Counted from the stretch's first letter, positions 12,698-26,566 are shown. The stretch is DNA of 64,000 nucleotides from Lingula anatina (GCA_051362555.1 CM120642.1:17732001-17796000); one strand, 5' to 3'. A program made the numbers and translations. Notes: generated by a model not told the origin, from the letters alone.

Positions 12698-14440
12698 TTT
12701 GTCCGCTGTTCATTCTTTTCCATGCATTCTTGTATTCATTGTAATTGGCTATTTCTTTAACAAAATACCCGGAGCTATCCGTAACGTCAAACTGAAAGTT
12801 TCTTTGTTATGTCAATGCAATTGCTACATTTGGTTATAGTAACAAACCACCCAGACATTTCACTCATTTCGATAATTAACTAAAACGATGTGAATGCCTC
12901 ATTTTTGATTCCAGAAATATCATCCCAAGAGCAAAGCTAACAAGCAGATGTATATTTTTAACAATGAAGTGTTTTTAGATATACTAAATGTATAACATGT
13001 AGCTTAAGTTTTTTATCAGTCATGAGTGAGGAATTTTACTGCCATTTCGGATTAATGGGTCGAGTTCTAAACAGAAAGTTCGAAATGGCGCTTAAAACAA
13101 GATAATTTCATTCGAATAGACATTTAACGTATTAACGTATTTTTACTATTAAAGCATATTAAAAGTCAATTATGCCCATTTCCATCTAGTAAAAAAACAA
13201 ACTTCATTGTGTGCTGTGAGCAAACTTCTTACCCAAAATCATAGTTGATCAAAGGTCGCAAAATCCTCTAGAAGAACTAAAAACAGACTTAAGAGGGCTA
13301 ACACATATAAACCTTCATTTGTCGACAGGTGGTGCTGTCGTTAATGTATTAATTAATTATGTACCACTCTGTGAAATTTATTTGTTTACCATAACCAGGG
13401 TATTGTCTGTTTTTTAGTAACACACCACATTATGCACTCTGCAGGCCTCTTAAGGCGTCGCTTGCAGAGACCGGTAATTTTTTCAACAGGGGGGAACGTG
13501 ACATATGTTTCCATATATTTGTCCATAACTGTAATGATGTTAAATTTCATTCGCAAATTTGATTATTACCACAGTCTTAAATACGCACTTTGTTTTTGCC
13601 ACGCTCAAAGGTAACTCCAGGCACGCTGCCAGGCCGCGTATGTTAGTTTATTTTTTCCTTTGTGCCATTTCCTAGGCAAACACAAATCTGGAGGATTAAT
13701 GCAAACCGTGGGTTCGATTTTGTGGAAGACCTCTACCGAAACGTACAACTTCACTTAAAGAAATGTTTCCAATAGACCCTTATTTTAACAGAGGTAGTTA
13801 GTATTTTATGGGTTGATGGGGACCCATCGATTGGCAGTTGATCTATTATTTACTATTATCACCGTTATTTTTTTATTCATTATTGTCTTTGCAGTGCAAA
13901 AGGGTACAATAGTAGCTGGAAACATAATAGTAAGTTTCTTGATCCATGAGAACCAATTAGAGGGTTAGAAAACATCTTCATCAAGCAGGCAGGTGGGCAA
14001 GATTACCTCATTTATAACACATTTATAATCAAGTCTGAGATTTTAAAATAAACGATTACTAACATAATGTAATAAAAAAAAGTGAGTATAGATTTAAAAT
14101 CTAGAGTAAAAACGAGAAACACCTAAAGGTTAAACACTAAAAAACCTCTTACTGCCTTTAAAAGTAGGCCTATCTTGTGACTTGGTAGAAATGTAAAAAA
14201 GCCAAAGGCAGGATTATAAAAGCCACTCATCGTTTGTACCCTCCTCTTCTCCATTCTCTCAGCATACATACTGTCATAATGATGATAGGTCTATCAACCC
14301 CTTTCAAGTTCCTCACTCTTACGGCCTATGAGGAAAACGCAGAAATTATTAACACAATGGCGCACGGACGAGATAACACGATCCCCGAATTTTATTACTG
14401 TGCCACTTTTATCCCGCCCGACTGAAAAACAACCATGTAT

Positions 14441-16790
14441 GGGCATTTTTACAATCCTGGGCTCCTTTTTTTCCCACCAAGGGTCAAAAATAGAAGTCAT
14501 TATTGTGTTGAAATTTGTACTTTTCTTGAAAGTATAGACCTGAAGGGTATAAGAAATGACAATCCCGAGATAAAACCTTGTGTATGTATAAATTTATGAT
14601 TATTTGAATTTTGAAAATCATTTTTTTAATTTTCATAAGCTTAACCTTGAAGTGTGTGACTTTTATGATAATTTAAGGTATTGATCTCCAGAAAACCACT
14701 TAGTTTTACTCAGAGAGTATTGCTCTTTTATGTATTTGCAAAAAAAATGGATAAAAATATCCAAAATTTGACGAATCAATGATATTTTGTAATTTTCCTG
14801 TTTCAGTATTAAATGTGACTTCATGAAGTTTTTGATTCTGAGATATTCTGAGGACTTCTGTACTTCACTTTACCTTGCATTAGTTCTTTATGTTATGCTT
14901 CATGATTGTGTAAAATATTATTTTGCACAGACATGTGTGCTAATTGCAGTGTCATGTTAAAATAAATGTCCTTTCCGAAACATCCCTGTTTTGGAAAGGA
15001 CTTTTTTAACATTTATGATATTGTTTTAATATATTGTAGTATTTGAGTTTATAAGTTTTAGGTAAAGTCTATGAATAACTTGGCAAAATAGGTGCAAGCT
15101 GAACTAAAATGAAGTCTTTTTATTACATTTTGTGCTTGTTTTGTCTATTCTGTACTAGTAATTCATTACTGGAATTTTATTTTATTAAATATTGATTCTG
15201 AGATATATTCCAGGTATTCTTTACACCATTACACCTTATTCCAGTTTCTTTTGTTAGAGGTCATAGCTGTATAAAATATTATTTGACAATGTCAGGTTAA
15301 CCAACAGTAAAGACATATTTAAAAATATGTCCTTTTAGACATGTCCTTGTTTCGGAATGGACATTTATTTAACATTTATGAAATTGCCTTAAGATCTCAA
15401 AGTATGTTGGTTTACAAGGTGAAGCAACCATTGGACAAAATATGAGTTAACTAGATTAAAACTGAAGTGTTTTTATTACATTAATTGGTCATTTTGGATA
15501 GTTTTTGATTCTTTTTTGAAATGTTACTCCATTAGTATTTGATCATGACATAAAATAGAGAGTTCTACACTCCATTATACCCTATTCTACTTCCTTTTGT
15601 TACAGCTCATAGCTGTATAAAATATTATTTGACAAGGTCAGGTTTAAATTTAGTAATTACATTTTTAAATATGTCCTTTTAGGCATGTCCTGTGTTTCGG
15701 AATGGACATTTATTTAACATATATATATATATATATCACGCTGTATGTATATATTATAAATAATCACAGGAAGTTAATTATAAACTGCCTGCAAGCGCCT
15801 CTGTAAACCGTGCCAGTGAACTGACTCTAGCAACTTTAACATGTGTAGCCTCATAACTATTTTCGAATACTTTTATGTACATCATAAGTAAGCTATATTT
15901 AAAGTAAGGTAAGCTATATTATTCAAAATTATATTCTACATAAATTTGATGTGCTTCCCATCATCCTCTTCCTCATGAATAATAAATAGATGAGCAGACC
16001 AAAGAGTAAACAAGTGTTTTAGAAAATGTGTTAAAAATTTCCTTTCCGATACAAAGCATCCAAATTGCCTTTATTTCTATTTATACTGATATAATCTCTT
16101 CAGTTAATTGTTAATTTAACTTTGAAATACATGAACTTTGGGAAAATAAGCAGTGGAAGTTCTAGTAGATCCAAAGAAAAGATGCTGACTCACAAAAATG
16201 AATTTTTTTGTTGAGGATATATATAGAAATTTAAAAAGATGCCATTGAAGAAATGTTCTTCTATTATTTTTATGTCATATGCATGATGCTCTAACAGTAA
16301 TTTGCTCATGTCAAGTGAAACATACAGCATTTAAGACAGAATTCTCTCTATTTATAATATTGGCAATATAAAGGTACTTTGTTTCGGAATGGACAATTTT
16401 TAACAAGCATCTCAAAATAGGGCACAGTTAAATGGGTTTCTGTGCACTGGGGTTTTCTTATATAAAAATAAATATCACATGTCCTGGGCTTTAGAGAAAT
16501 ATATATTGTTACAGGCTAGGTGTCAACATGTTCTTTTTATGTAAGAAAAACCTAATGTTTCGGAATGGACAAATTTAACGGAAAAACATGGTAGGGTTAT
16601 TTTGCACTCCATGTCGAGCTCCAGAATCATCGCGAAGATTTCATTATTTGATACAAACAATACCAATACATCCAAATAATGATTAGGATGGTTAATTATA
16701 CTGTATGTTTTATGATATATTTTCTGAAAGTAATTTATTTTTGTTTCGGAATGGACATATCGTTTAACGGAAATACCAGCATGCTATTAA
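14441..16790. mobile_element. ~2.35-kb AT-rich insertion with internal repeats; unclassified, transposon-like
   Basis: Present only in duplication unit 1, where it replaces about 26000-26086 of unit 2. It has five TGTTTCGGAATGGACA motifs (~15348, 15693, 16380, 16556, 16742), ~350-bp degenerate tandem units and no ORF. Confidence 0.6.
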
Positions 16791-17589
16791 AAGACTTTAG
16801 GTGTCTGTCGCTTGTGATATGCACATACTTGTTACTTATTGTTTGCACATACAGGTAACAGGCCATTAAACGCCATAATTAAAATTATATTTTTCATCCA
16901 TTGTTGTTGAAATACAGTTTGATAAAAGGTAGAACAATTCCGAGTTTAATCCAGATAAAGGTAAAAAAACTCATTGTCACGCTTAAGATATGTCCCCAAA
17001 TTCGTTATGCAACTTTTCTGCACCAGAGCAAAATAGTTGGTTTACGGCAAAAAACATGGCACCTGAACACATACTCTACAGTTTCAATTAGAGGAAAAGT
17101 TTGTCCATCTTTTACCAGACGTGAAGAACTTCATGAATAACAGTGTCCGCCTTTCCAGCCAGTATGATTTTCAGTCCAAGGCTATAGGAACATATCTTGA
17201 CAGCAGTCTGGAGCTATCAGACATTTGAACAGTTAAAGACAATTTACTGCTGTATATGCGTGGACGTCTAGTCTGTCGCTTGTGATATACGCACATTTGT
17301 TAATTGTTGTTTGCACATTGCATGCCTGACAGTGCATTTAACAGTGTAGTCCAAATGATATGTTTATCCACTGCTGTTGTGTTGCACTGTTATAACGGGT
17401 AGTGCAAGCCAGTGTCTAATGCCTTTTATAATGGAAACTTATTTGTTAAACAAACGAGGACAATGTCTGTATTATGTCTTTCTTCAGTAGAAACCAGTCC
17501 TCAAACATAAAACAAACGGATTAAGAAAAAAGGATGCTTTGTTATATTTCTGCCAAACAAATCTTGACGAATAATGTCTTCTTTCTATC

Positions 17590-20500
17590 TTATCTGTATC
17601 TGCAAAGAACTTCTCTGTACGTAGATATTTCGTGACTTTCTTTGGTAACAGTATCCCATGAGATAACGTTTCCTCTAAAATTTTTGTCACAATTTGCTAT
17701 TGCTGTGACGTTAACGTTGTTGGTGTTCCAGACATTGATGCTTGTGATGTCACCAACAAATGCTTGATTAACATCAAATCCGCCGCCCACACTATCTTGG
17801 TCCTGTCCAACAATCCATACTCCATCTTAAAATAAAATTAGCTTTTTCAACCTACCTTTACTTCACTTCACCTTACTTGATTCTATTTTTTACACATTCG
17901 CGTATAAAGCTTATAAATAAAACATGGTGCTTCTTATGCGCGCTTATACATTGTGCGCATAAGAAGCACCATGTTTTATTTATAAGCTTTATACGCGATC
18001 CAAATGTCCAACGAATGTACTACTAATTTATAGTAGTGTCAAAGCTACCAACGTTACCTCCGAACTATAATGAAAAAAATATCCTTCTGCTAGTTGTCAC
18101 AATTATGATTATGTGGGAAATGATTAGTAATTTCTTACTTGGTGGTATGCTCCAAGACGTTTGGAAACCAGTGCCCCCGTCTCTTTGCATGCCGTCTCTG
18201 AATACTATCCACCTTCCACCGGCACTCTTCCAAGCGAAACACCAGTGGTGCCAGGATCCATCATAAAATTCAGAACTCGGAATCGATGTTATGAGCTGCT
18301 TACTTGATACAAGGAAAATTATGTTTGCATTTCCATGGAAACCAATGATGAAAGCATTGGTGTTGCCACTCACTCCGTACGACAGGAGCGCGGACTCACT
18401 GGAAGCTAAGGTGGTCCTGGCCCAAAGACAGGCTGTAATGGCAGTCATCTGAGGTGTGGTGGTAATCATCTTCACGTAGCGCTTTGTGGACTGCGGAGAT
18501 GGCCAATGGAAGATCATAGTTTTATCTGAAAGTAAGCGAGGTACGTGTGTCTAATACATTGTGGACCATAATATGTCTGGGGTCGTTTTCCAGGAAAGTG
18601 TTTTGTTTTTGTTTTGTTTTGTTTTGTTTCTGGATTTTTGAGCAGCTTTACTAGCCGCTGTAACAAAAGTGAAACAGAAAACCCTCCTTTTAGTTATAAT
18701 CCACTTGTCAACAAGTCAACTACCGTGTAGGAATCATGCCTTTTGCTAATGATATTTTGACAAGTATGACTGCTATGCTTTAAAATACTGAACGAGACCA
18801 AGTTTCAGTATTTCAGAGTAAAAGTGAGAAAAAAAGACCAAATTCAAAATGAACCCAAACGCCGACAAGAACGCTTCAGAAGAGCACCGACTTAATACAC
18901 ATTTATATTAAAAACACTTTCTGCCACTTTCGGTCTTATGGCCCTCAACTGAACCTCATGCAGACGTCTCCTGGCTGTCTGAATTGACACCCGTATCCCT
19001 GTTGCATTCTGTAACTTATTCCGGAGCACATTTGCTGGACCACAGCGATGCCGGCGTGTTTGGAGGGTCAAGTAGTGGTCTTGCTGAGGTGTTGTCAGTC
19101 TTGGGCTGGTCCACCTGCCCATGTGTCCGGTACCTTATCCAGGCTCTGTGCCGAGGACAGTGGCTACATGCCTCTGCGTCTGGCTACCCTGGAGTAACCC
19201 AATACCCCGATTCAGTCCTGATGGTGGTAAGCGATTTCTCTGTCTTCTTGAAGGCATTAAAACATTGACAATTAAAAACACATCAGAGGAGCCCCATAAA
19301 CAACACTCAACTGACCAAGCATGTTGATGTACTGGAAACACAGCTTTATGAATGTGAGCTGAGGAACCAGCTTGAGTGTTTTTACTCGTTGTTAAGGTCC
19401 ACTGAAGGCAAGTGATAAACTCACTCAATGTGTATAAAATCTGAATGATTGGACTTAATGACCACACTTGAGAGTTGGAACTGAACATGTGAGTTCGTTG
19501 TTATTTTCCATTTCCCTCTCTAAAATATTAGAAGAACGTGGGTAGGGAAGAACATGGACCCCTACATCTTTTTCATTCCACCTTAACACCAACAACAACA
19601 GAAGTGACTAATACATATGGTTGTGCAACTTATTGTCGGAGACCCAAAAAATATACATAGGTAAAAATATCATTCCATAAAAATATGATTCCTAGCAAAT
19701 GTTGACTAATGTTAGGGTTATCCTGACCTCATTGTGTCAAAATTTAGGGCGAGGCTTACCTGTGGAAATATAGGGAGGCGGCCTCTTTATCATGGGGGAC
19801 TCTGTCATCTTACCACGATCGGTTTGACAGCATAGAGTCAACTAAATGTGTTTTAGGAACAATTTATCTACAATGAAAATATCCTTTCATCATGCAATAA
19901 AAGTAGAATGCTTTGCAAAGGCAAAGACACCGTGGGCTAAGTAAAAGATTTGTGATTATGTAGAAATAAAAAAACGTGTAGAAAAGGGCGACTTTTTCCA
20001 GTGGCTTTGAGTCTCAACTTCCCGATAATAAGTCACAGCAAGCGCCACGATAGAAAAGTAACTACAATTCTACATTTCTAAAGTTGTTTTACACTTCCGT
20101 GCAAGAGACTAGATTTTAATGAAACATAAGTTGTCCATTTACCATTTTCTACCTTAAATATTAAAAACGTGCTAACAAAAGTTGGCATTAATGTGAGTCG
20201 AAATTTCGTGGCTTTATAATGTTCGATTTCACAAAGCCCGCTAAAAATCTGGCCCGTTTGTCAAAACGACAACGTAAAAACCAAAACTGCATAACCCACT
20301 GCACGCTCGATACACTTCAGTTTAATAAATAAAAACAAACACTTACATGGTTTTGCTGCAGAAACAACCGGAAAATGTGTGTAAATATTGTGAACTGACA
20401 CCAAACTCGCGTCTCACAGCACGCATGTCATGTCTCAGTTATTTACCATCATATCTTACAAACTAATCCCACAAAAATACTGCAGAAGTAATAAGCTTGT

Positions 20501-23500
20501 TATACGGTGCGCTAATTTGCTAGATAAAATGTGTCACACTTACAATTTTTATAAAAACTTGAAAATTTGTCAAAATCTTATTACTGTGTTTCAAGATGGC
20601 AACTTCATGAGTTATATATATATTCAGCTTTTCTGTGATTGGCTTTTGCTCATCTCTCTTAAATCACGTGGCTTTAAACATGTGGATTTTTTATTGTCAG
20701 CTTCCCTTTAGTGAGGATAAATGGCCTTGCTGGAAATCGTCACGCCCCCGCCCTTATCGAGTCTATTCAAGTTATACTCCCATGTCTAAGTAATAGAAAA
20801 AAGCACAATACCACTACTTTCTTTCTCAATAAAAACAAATTTGTTCCTTGTTGTTTATCCAATTCTGTCACTTTTTGTTAAGAGTGGCCATCTTGCTTTA
20901 CTACTCAAACATGCATTTCCTCTACGGGTCTCTTAGTTCAATGGCACCTGCTGACAAGCGTGAAGAAATACTCGATATTCTGTTCCATTTTCTTTATTTA
21001 GCAAATACGACTGAGCGAGCGTGCAACCATAATATGAACAGTCTGAAAACGGGTTGAACCGGTAGCGAGGAGCTTGTGAATTTTTGATTGGACAGACTGT
21101 TACATTTCGCACGGCAATTTATCAAACCTGAATCTAATATCCCAGGGGAATAATTATCGAAACTTAACGGTTTTGAAATAGGGGCGTCTTGCTGAAACAG
21201 TAATATTCTTCGGGCACTTAATGATCAGAAACAAGTGGTCTTATCACTACCTGGTTTGTCTGCAGCCTTTGATACAATAAACCACGAAATTTTGTTGAAA
21301 AGTCGTTTCGGTATAGATGGTATTGTATTGACATGATTCAAATCATACCTGACTGAACGTAAACAATCAGTCTCCATAGACACTTACAAATCACCGTCAA
21401 CACCACTAACTTGTGGCGTACCACAAGGCTTTGTAATCGGTCTATCCACGTTCACTCTTTACACGTCACCAATTGAGGTCATTGTCTCTAAGTACGGTTT
21501 CAACCTAATGCTCTATGCAGGTGACTCAAAAATTAATATTGTTTGCGACAGACCATCAGATGTGATACCATCTATTCAGTAATGCATTAGTCAGTTCAGT
21601 CAATGGCTAAATGACAATTCGCTTGTTTTTAATGATGGCAAAAAAGACGTGGTTCACTTTATCTCTGGTTTTGCTAAAGATGCAGAAAATTAGAACTGTT
21701 AGAAATCGGAAACAGCATGGTCACGGTAAAAGGTTAAACACATAGGAGTAATTTTTGATAATAGATGCGATATGGCCGCCGACATCAGTAAAAAATGCAG
21801 AGCCGCTTTCTATGGTCTAAAATAATAATCAACACATCCCATATCCTTGACAACGGTCAAATGGAGATATTGATCCATGTCTTCAAGTTCACACCTTGAC
21901 TACGGAAACAGTCTACTGTATGGTCTTCCTACCTACCAAATTGAAAAACTGCAATCTGTCCAAAATGCTGCAGCACGACTTCTGACCCAAAACCCCTCAG
22001 ATAATTTTTTTACCTGTTTCATTCGAACTACATTGGCTTCCCGTACGACAGAGAATTGTTTTTAAATTACTGCTGTTTGTTTTTAAATTCACCAGAGGTT
22101 AATGTCCTTCATATTTTTACTCTATCACATCCAAATTCAGCAAATCTCACCAGGTCCACCAGATCCACCTCCACTCTTCGCTTTACCAGGAATGATAACA
22201 ACAAAAACGAGTAAAACCTACGGACACAGGGCTTTTTAATTGTAGCACCCATTTTATGAAATGAACTACCCTCTCACATTCGGATTATTGTTGAAATTTT
22301 TCAAAGAAATTCCCGCAAACATACTTAATTGCACAGTACTTCAATCAAAATATAATACTTTAAATTTTATATTTTTTATTTTATCAGAAAATGTTCTATT
22401 GTTAAGACTAATACTTTTATAACCAGCATTAATCATTTTAATTGTTTTATTCACCTTAACTTTTTAATATTTATATAACTACTTGTAATTCTGATAATTT
22501 TATTTGTAAACAGCACTGAGACAGTAGTGTAGTGCGGTTTTAAGAAATCAATGTTATTATAATTATTATTAAACAGACGTTGTCGCAGTTACAGACTGTG
22601 TTTAAGTATACAATTGTGCAGAGTGTACGACAGATGCATACAAAATAGCAATATACCATTTTTGAAAGTAAAGTTTTTTCCAACACCTCATCAAAGTTAT
22701 TGTCGCATTCGTGGTGGGTAATTGACACACACCCTTTCTCCATCTTAAGTTACATTGTTCACATGGTCATACCTGAGGTCAGGGATGTTTGCTTAAGCCT
22801 CGGTCACAACCAGCCCTACGGGCTCTTACGGGCTGTTTGCGTCCAAATTTTGCGCAGAATCCCACGTCCGACACAAGTCCTTCTTACGCAATTTCGAGTT
22901 CGCAGACAGTCCGTAAGCACGTACGGAGGATGTTGGACATGTCCAAAAGATTCTACGAATAGCCTGCGAATAGCGAGGCTGCAAGCATAACTTGCTCCCA
23001 TCGCCCGGAGTGAGCAAGAGAGACGTGCGTTGTGCAAGACGCACGTCGCAATCAATGAAGGAGCAAGTGCCCTTTGCGTGTTGAGTAAGGCGCATGCCCT
23101 TACAACTAACGAACAAAGTCGAGAGCACACTGGTAATGCGTCGCACGTGTGTCACCCCCACGCCTGGTGTAGGCTCGTGTCTTTACAATGAACGTCGACT
23201 GTGTAACGTGTACAACAATTTTCAAAAATTTCCAATCATTGCTCAATTTAGTTCCTAATATGCCTTTAAATGGCAAGAGCAAGAAGCTTACATAGTAGAA
23301 AAAAGGGAGGAGGAGAAAGAAAGAAGAGGAGAACAGGAAGCACAACTTACATTCGCCGTCAGTACGTCACCACAAACATGTGAGGCAAGTGTGAAGCAAA
23401 ACTGACGCAAAGGGCACTACCTTCGCTATGCGTTGCATTCCCTTTGTAAGTGGTGAGCGTGTGCCACGTACACAGGAAGCAAGACAAACTCAAGAAATGG

Positions 23501-24258
23501 GAACAATTTCCACGGCCATTGCTCCATGCAATTAGCCTCCCAGCTTGAAAGGACATCCCATGTGGCCCTTGCGACTCGCAAGGCAGACTTTCCTCTACCT
23601 CTACGACCTCCACGGCCTCCGTAACACCCATAAATTCGTGCATCCGTTTGTGACTGAGGCTTTAGCTGAGAATTCAGCTGCCATCTTGCTCGTGGACTTT
23701 TTTGCCAGTTTAATACCATCAGTCTTTTTGCTCCCCAATTTTTTTTTTTTCTATTTATCATCCCATATTATATTTTATCCTAATTCCTCATCGTTAAAAA
23801 GGAACTGAAAAGGCAACAATTTTGGTAAATAACAGTTTCTAAACCAGCTCTTGTACCTATATTTTGAGCATTAACCTTCAATGATTCTTATAGCATTTCG
23901 AATTCATTAAAAAAGAAGTATAGTACTACATACCTGTTGAAGGAACGAGAAACTGACAGCCGACGTCTGCCACTACCTCCGCCATGTCTTTATTTGCATT
24001 ATTCGCAATTGCCTCGTATACGGAACATGTTTGCGCGCCCATGCAAAACTGAGCGGCGTACCCACCCAGCGTCAGTATCCTTAACGAGCAGTCCTCGGCA
24101 GAGTTGGCCTTAAAGCACCCTAAGCTGTTGACGTGGAGAGGTAAAGATTGTTCTGGCATAGGCAGATAGTCTTGGACGACGTATCTTGCTGTCCGTATGG
24201 TCTGACTGGTCGCAACTCCAATCAGAAATCCCCAAATGATAACTAAAATGCAAGACAA
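17590..24258 (-). CDS. Secreted PAN/Apple-like + pentraxin protein, copy C; exons 24258-23934, 18525-18139, 17825-17590
   Basis: Same exon structure, splice sites and motifs as copy B, with an open frame. It also lacks an in-frame ATG. Confidence 0.8.
17898..17998. repeat. Copy of the intronic 46-bp-arm hairpin (one mismatch)
   Basis: Same sequence as 5920-6020, with tgtgcgc in place of tgcgcgc in the right arm. Confidence 0.9.
18930..19483 (-). mobile_element. Tc1/mariner relic, copy lacking ~460 bp of the DDE/C-terminal part
   Basis: Matches about 7414-7965; the segment equivalent to about 6954-7413 is absent. Confidence 0.85.
21160..22573 (+). mobile_element. Duplicated decayed L2/CR1-group LINE
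   Basis: Copy of 9600-11013; YADD reads YAGD here. Confidence 0.9.
22796..23661. mobile_element. Duplicated PIF/Harbinger non-autonomous element
   Basis: Same TIRs and TTA TSD as 11236-12102. Confidence 0.85.
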
Positions 24259-26525
24259 TTTGTCCGCTGTTCATTCTTTTCCATGCATTCTTGTATTCAT
24301 TGTAATTGGCTATTTCTTTAACAAAATACCCGGAGCTATCCGTAACGTCAAACTGAAAGTTTCTTTGTTATGTCAATGCAATTGCTACATTTGGTTATAG
24401 TAACAAACCACCCAGACATTTCACTCATTTCGATAATTAACTAAAACGATGTGAATGCCTCATTTTTGATTCCAGAAATATCATCCCAAGAGCAAAGCTA
24501 ACAAGCAGATGTATATTTTTAACAATGAAGTGTTTTTAGATATACTAAATGTATAACATGTAGCTTAAGTTTTTTATCAGTCATGAGTGAGGAATTTTAC
24601 TGCCATTTCGGATTAATGGGTCGAGTTCTAAACAGAAAGTTCGAAATGGCGCTTAAAACAAGATAATTTCATTCGAATAGACATTTAACGTATTAACGTA
24701 TTTTTACTATTAAAGCATATTAAAAGTCAATTATGCCCATTTCCATCTAGTAAAAAACAAACTTCATTGTGTGCTGTGAGCAAACTTCTTACCCAAAATC
24801 ATAGTTGATCAAAGGTCGCAAAATCCTCTAGAAGAACTAAAAACAGACTTAAGAGGGCTAACACATATAAACCTTCATTTGTCGACAGGTGGTGCTGTCG
24901 TTAATGTATTTATTAATCATGTACCACTCTGTGAAATTTATTTGTTTACCATAACCAGGGTATTGTCTGTTTTTTAGTAACACACCACATTATGCACTCT
25001 GCAGGCCTCTTAAGGCGTCGCTTGCAGAGACCGGTAATTTTCTCAACAGGGGGGAACGTGACATATGTTTCCATATATTTGTCCATAACTGTAATGATGT
25101 TAAATTTCATTCGCAAATTTGATTATTACCACAGTCTTAAATACGCACTTTGTTTTTGCCACGCTCAAAGGTAACTCCAGGCACGCTGCCAGGCCGCGTA
25201 TGTTAGTTTATTTTTTCCTTTGTGCCATTTCCTAGGCAAACACAAATCTGGAGGATTAATGCAAACGGTGGGTTCGATTTTGTGGAAGACCTCTACCGAA
25301 ACGTACAACTTTACTTAAAGAAATGTTTCCAATAGACCCTTATTTTAACAGAGGTAGTTAGTATTTTATGGGTTGATGAGGACCCATCGATTGGCAGTTG
25401 ATCTATTATTTACTATTATCACCGTTATTTTTTTATTCATTATTGTCTTTGCAGTGCAAAAGGGTACAATAGTAGCTGGAAACATAATAGTAAGTTTCTT
25501 GATCCATGAGAACCAATTAGAGGGTTAGAAAACATCTTCATCAAGCAGGCAGGTGGGCAAGATTACCTCATTTATAACACATTTATAATCAAGTCTGAGA
25601 TTTTAAAATAAACGATTACTAACATAATGTAATAAAAAAAAGTGAGTATAGATTTAAAATCTAGAGTAAAAACGAGAAACACCTAAAGGTTAGACACTAA
25701 AAAACCTCTTACTGCCTTTAAAAGTAGGCCTATCTTGTGACTTGGTAGAAATGTAAAAAAGCCAAAGGCAGGATTATAAAAGCCACTCATCGTTTGTACC
25801 CTCCTCTTCTCCATTCTCTCAGCATACATACTGTCATAATGATGATAGGTCTATCAACCCCTTTCAAGTTCCTCACTCTTACGGCCTATGAGGAAAACGC
25901 AGAAATTATTAACACAATGGCGCACGGACGAGATAACACGATCCCCGAATTTTATTACTGTGCCACTTTTATCCCGCCCGACTGAAAAACAGCTATGTAT
26001 TTGATTTCTATCAATTTCATCAGGTAAGCAGTCTGGTGCTGTCAGTATTTTGAATAGTTATAGACCCGTTGCTGATGCACATGCGTAGGTGTCTGTCGCT
26101 TGTGATATGCACATACTTGTTACTTATTGTTTGCACATACAGGTAACAGGCCATTAAACGCCATAATTCAAATTATATTTTTCATCCATTGTTGTTGAAA
26201 TACAGTTTGATAAAAGGTAGTACAATTCCGAGTTTAATCCAGTGCCGAGTACCTTCAAAGAATTTATTGTTAAATAAACGCGAACAATGCCTGTATAATA
26301 TCTATATTATGTCATTCTTGAGTAGATGACAGCCTTAAAACATAAGGAGAAAGGAGAAATACTTCGTATGGATTTAGAAAGAAAATGTTTCTTATTGTTT
26401 GCACATTGCATACGTATAAGTGCATTAAACAATATTATCCAAATTAACTTCCTAATTTAATGTTGTTATGTGGCAGTGTAAAAATAGGTAGTATTTAATT
26501 AATGTTCATGTACAATCCCCCCCCC

Positions 26526-26566
<41 letters not shown>

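Larger units (their letters stand above)
5217..16953. repeat. Segmental tandem duplication, unit 1 (about 99% identical by eye to 17199-26243, apart from the 14441-16790 insert and indels)
   Basis: Colinear near-identity starts at gacagcagtctggagctatcag (5217 / 17198) and continues through ttccgagtttaatccag (16953 / 26242). The ORF track shows the same ORFs twice. Confidence 0.95.
17199..26243. repeat. Segmental tandem duplication, unit 2
   Basis: Near-identical to 5217-16953. Confidence 0.95.
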
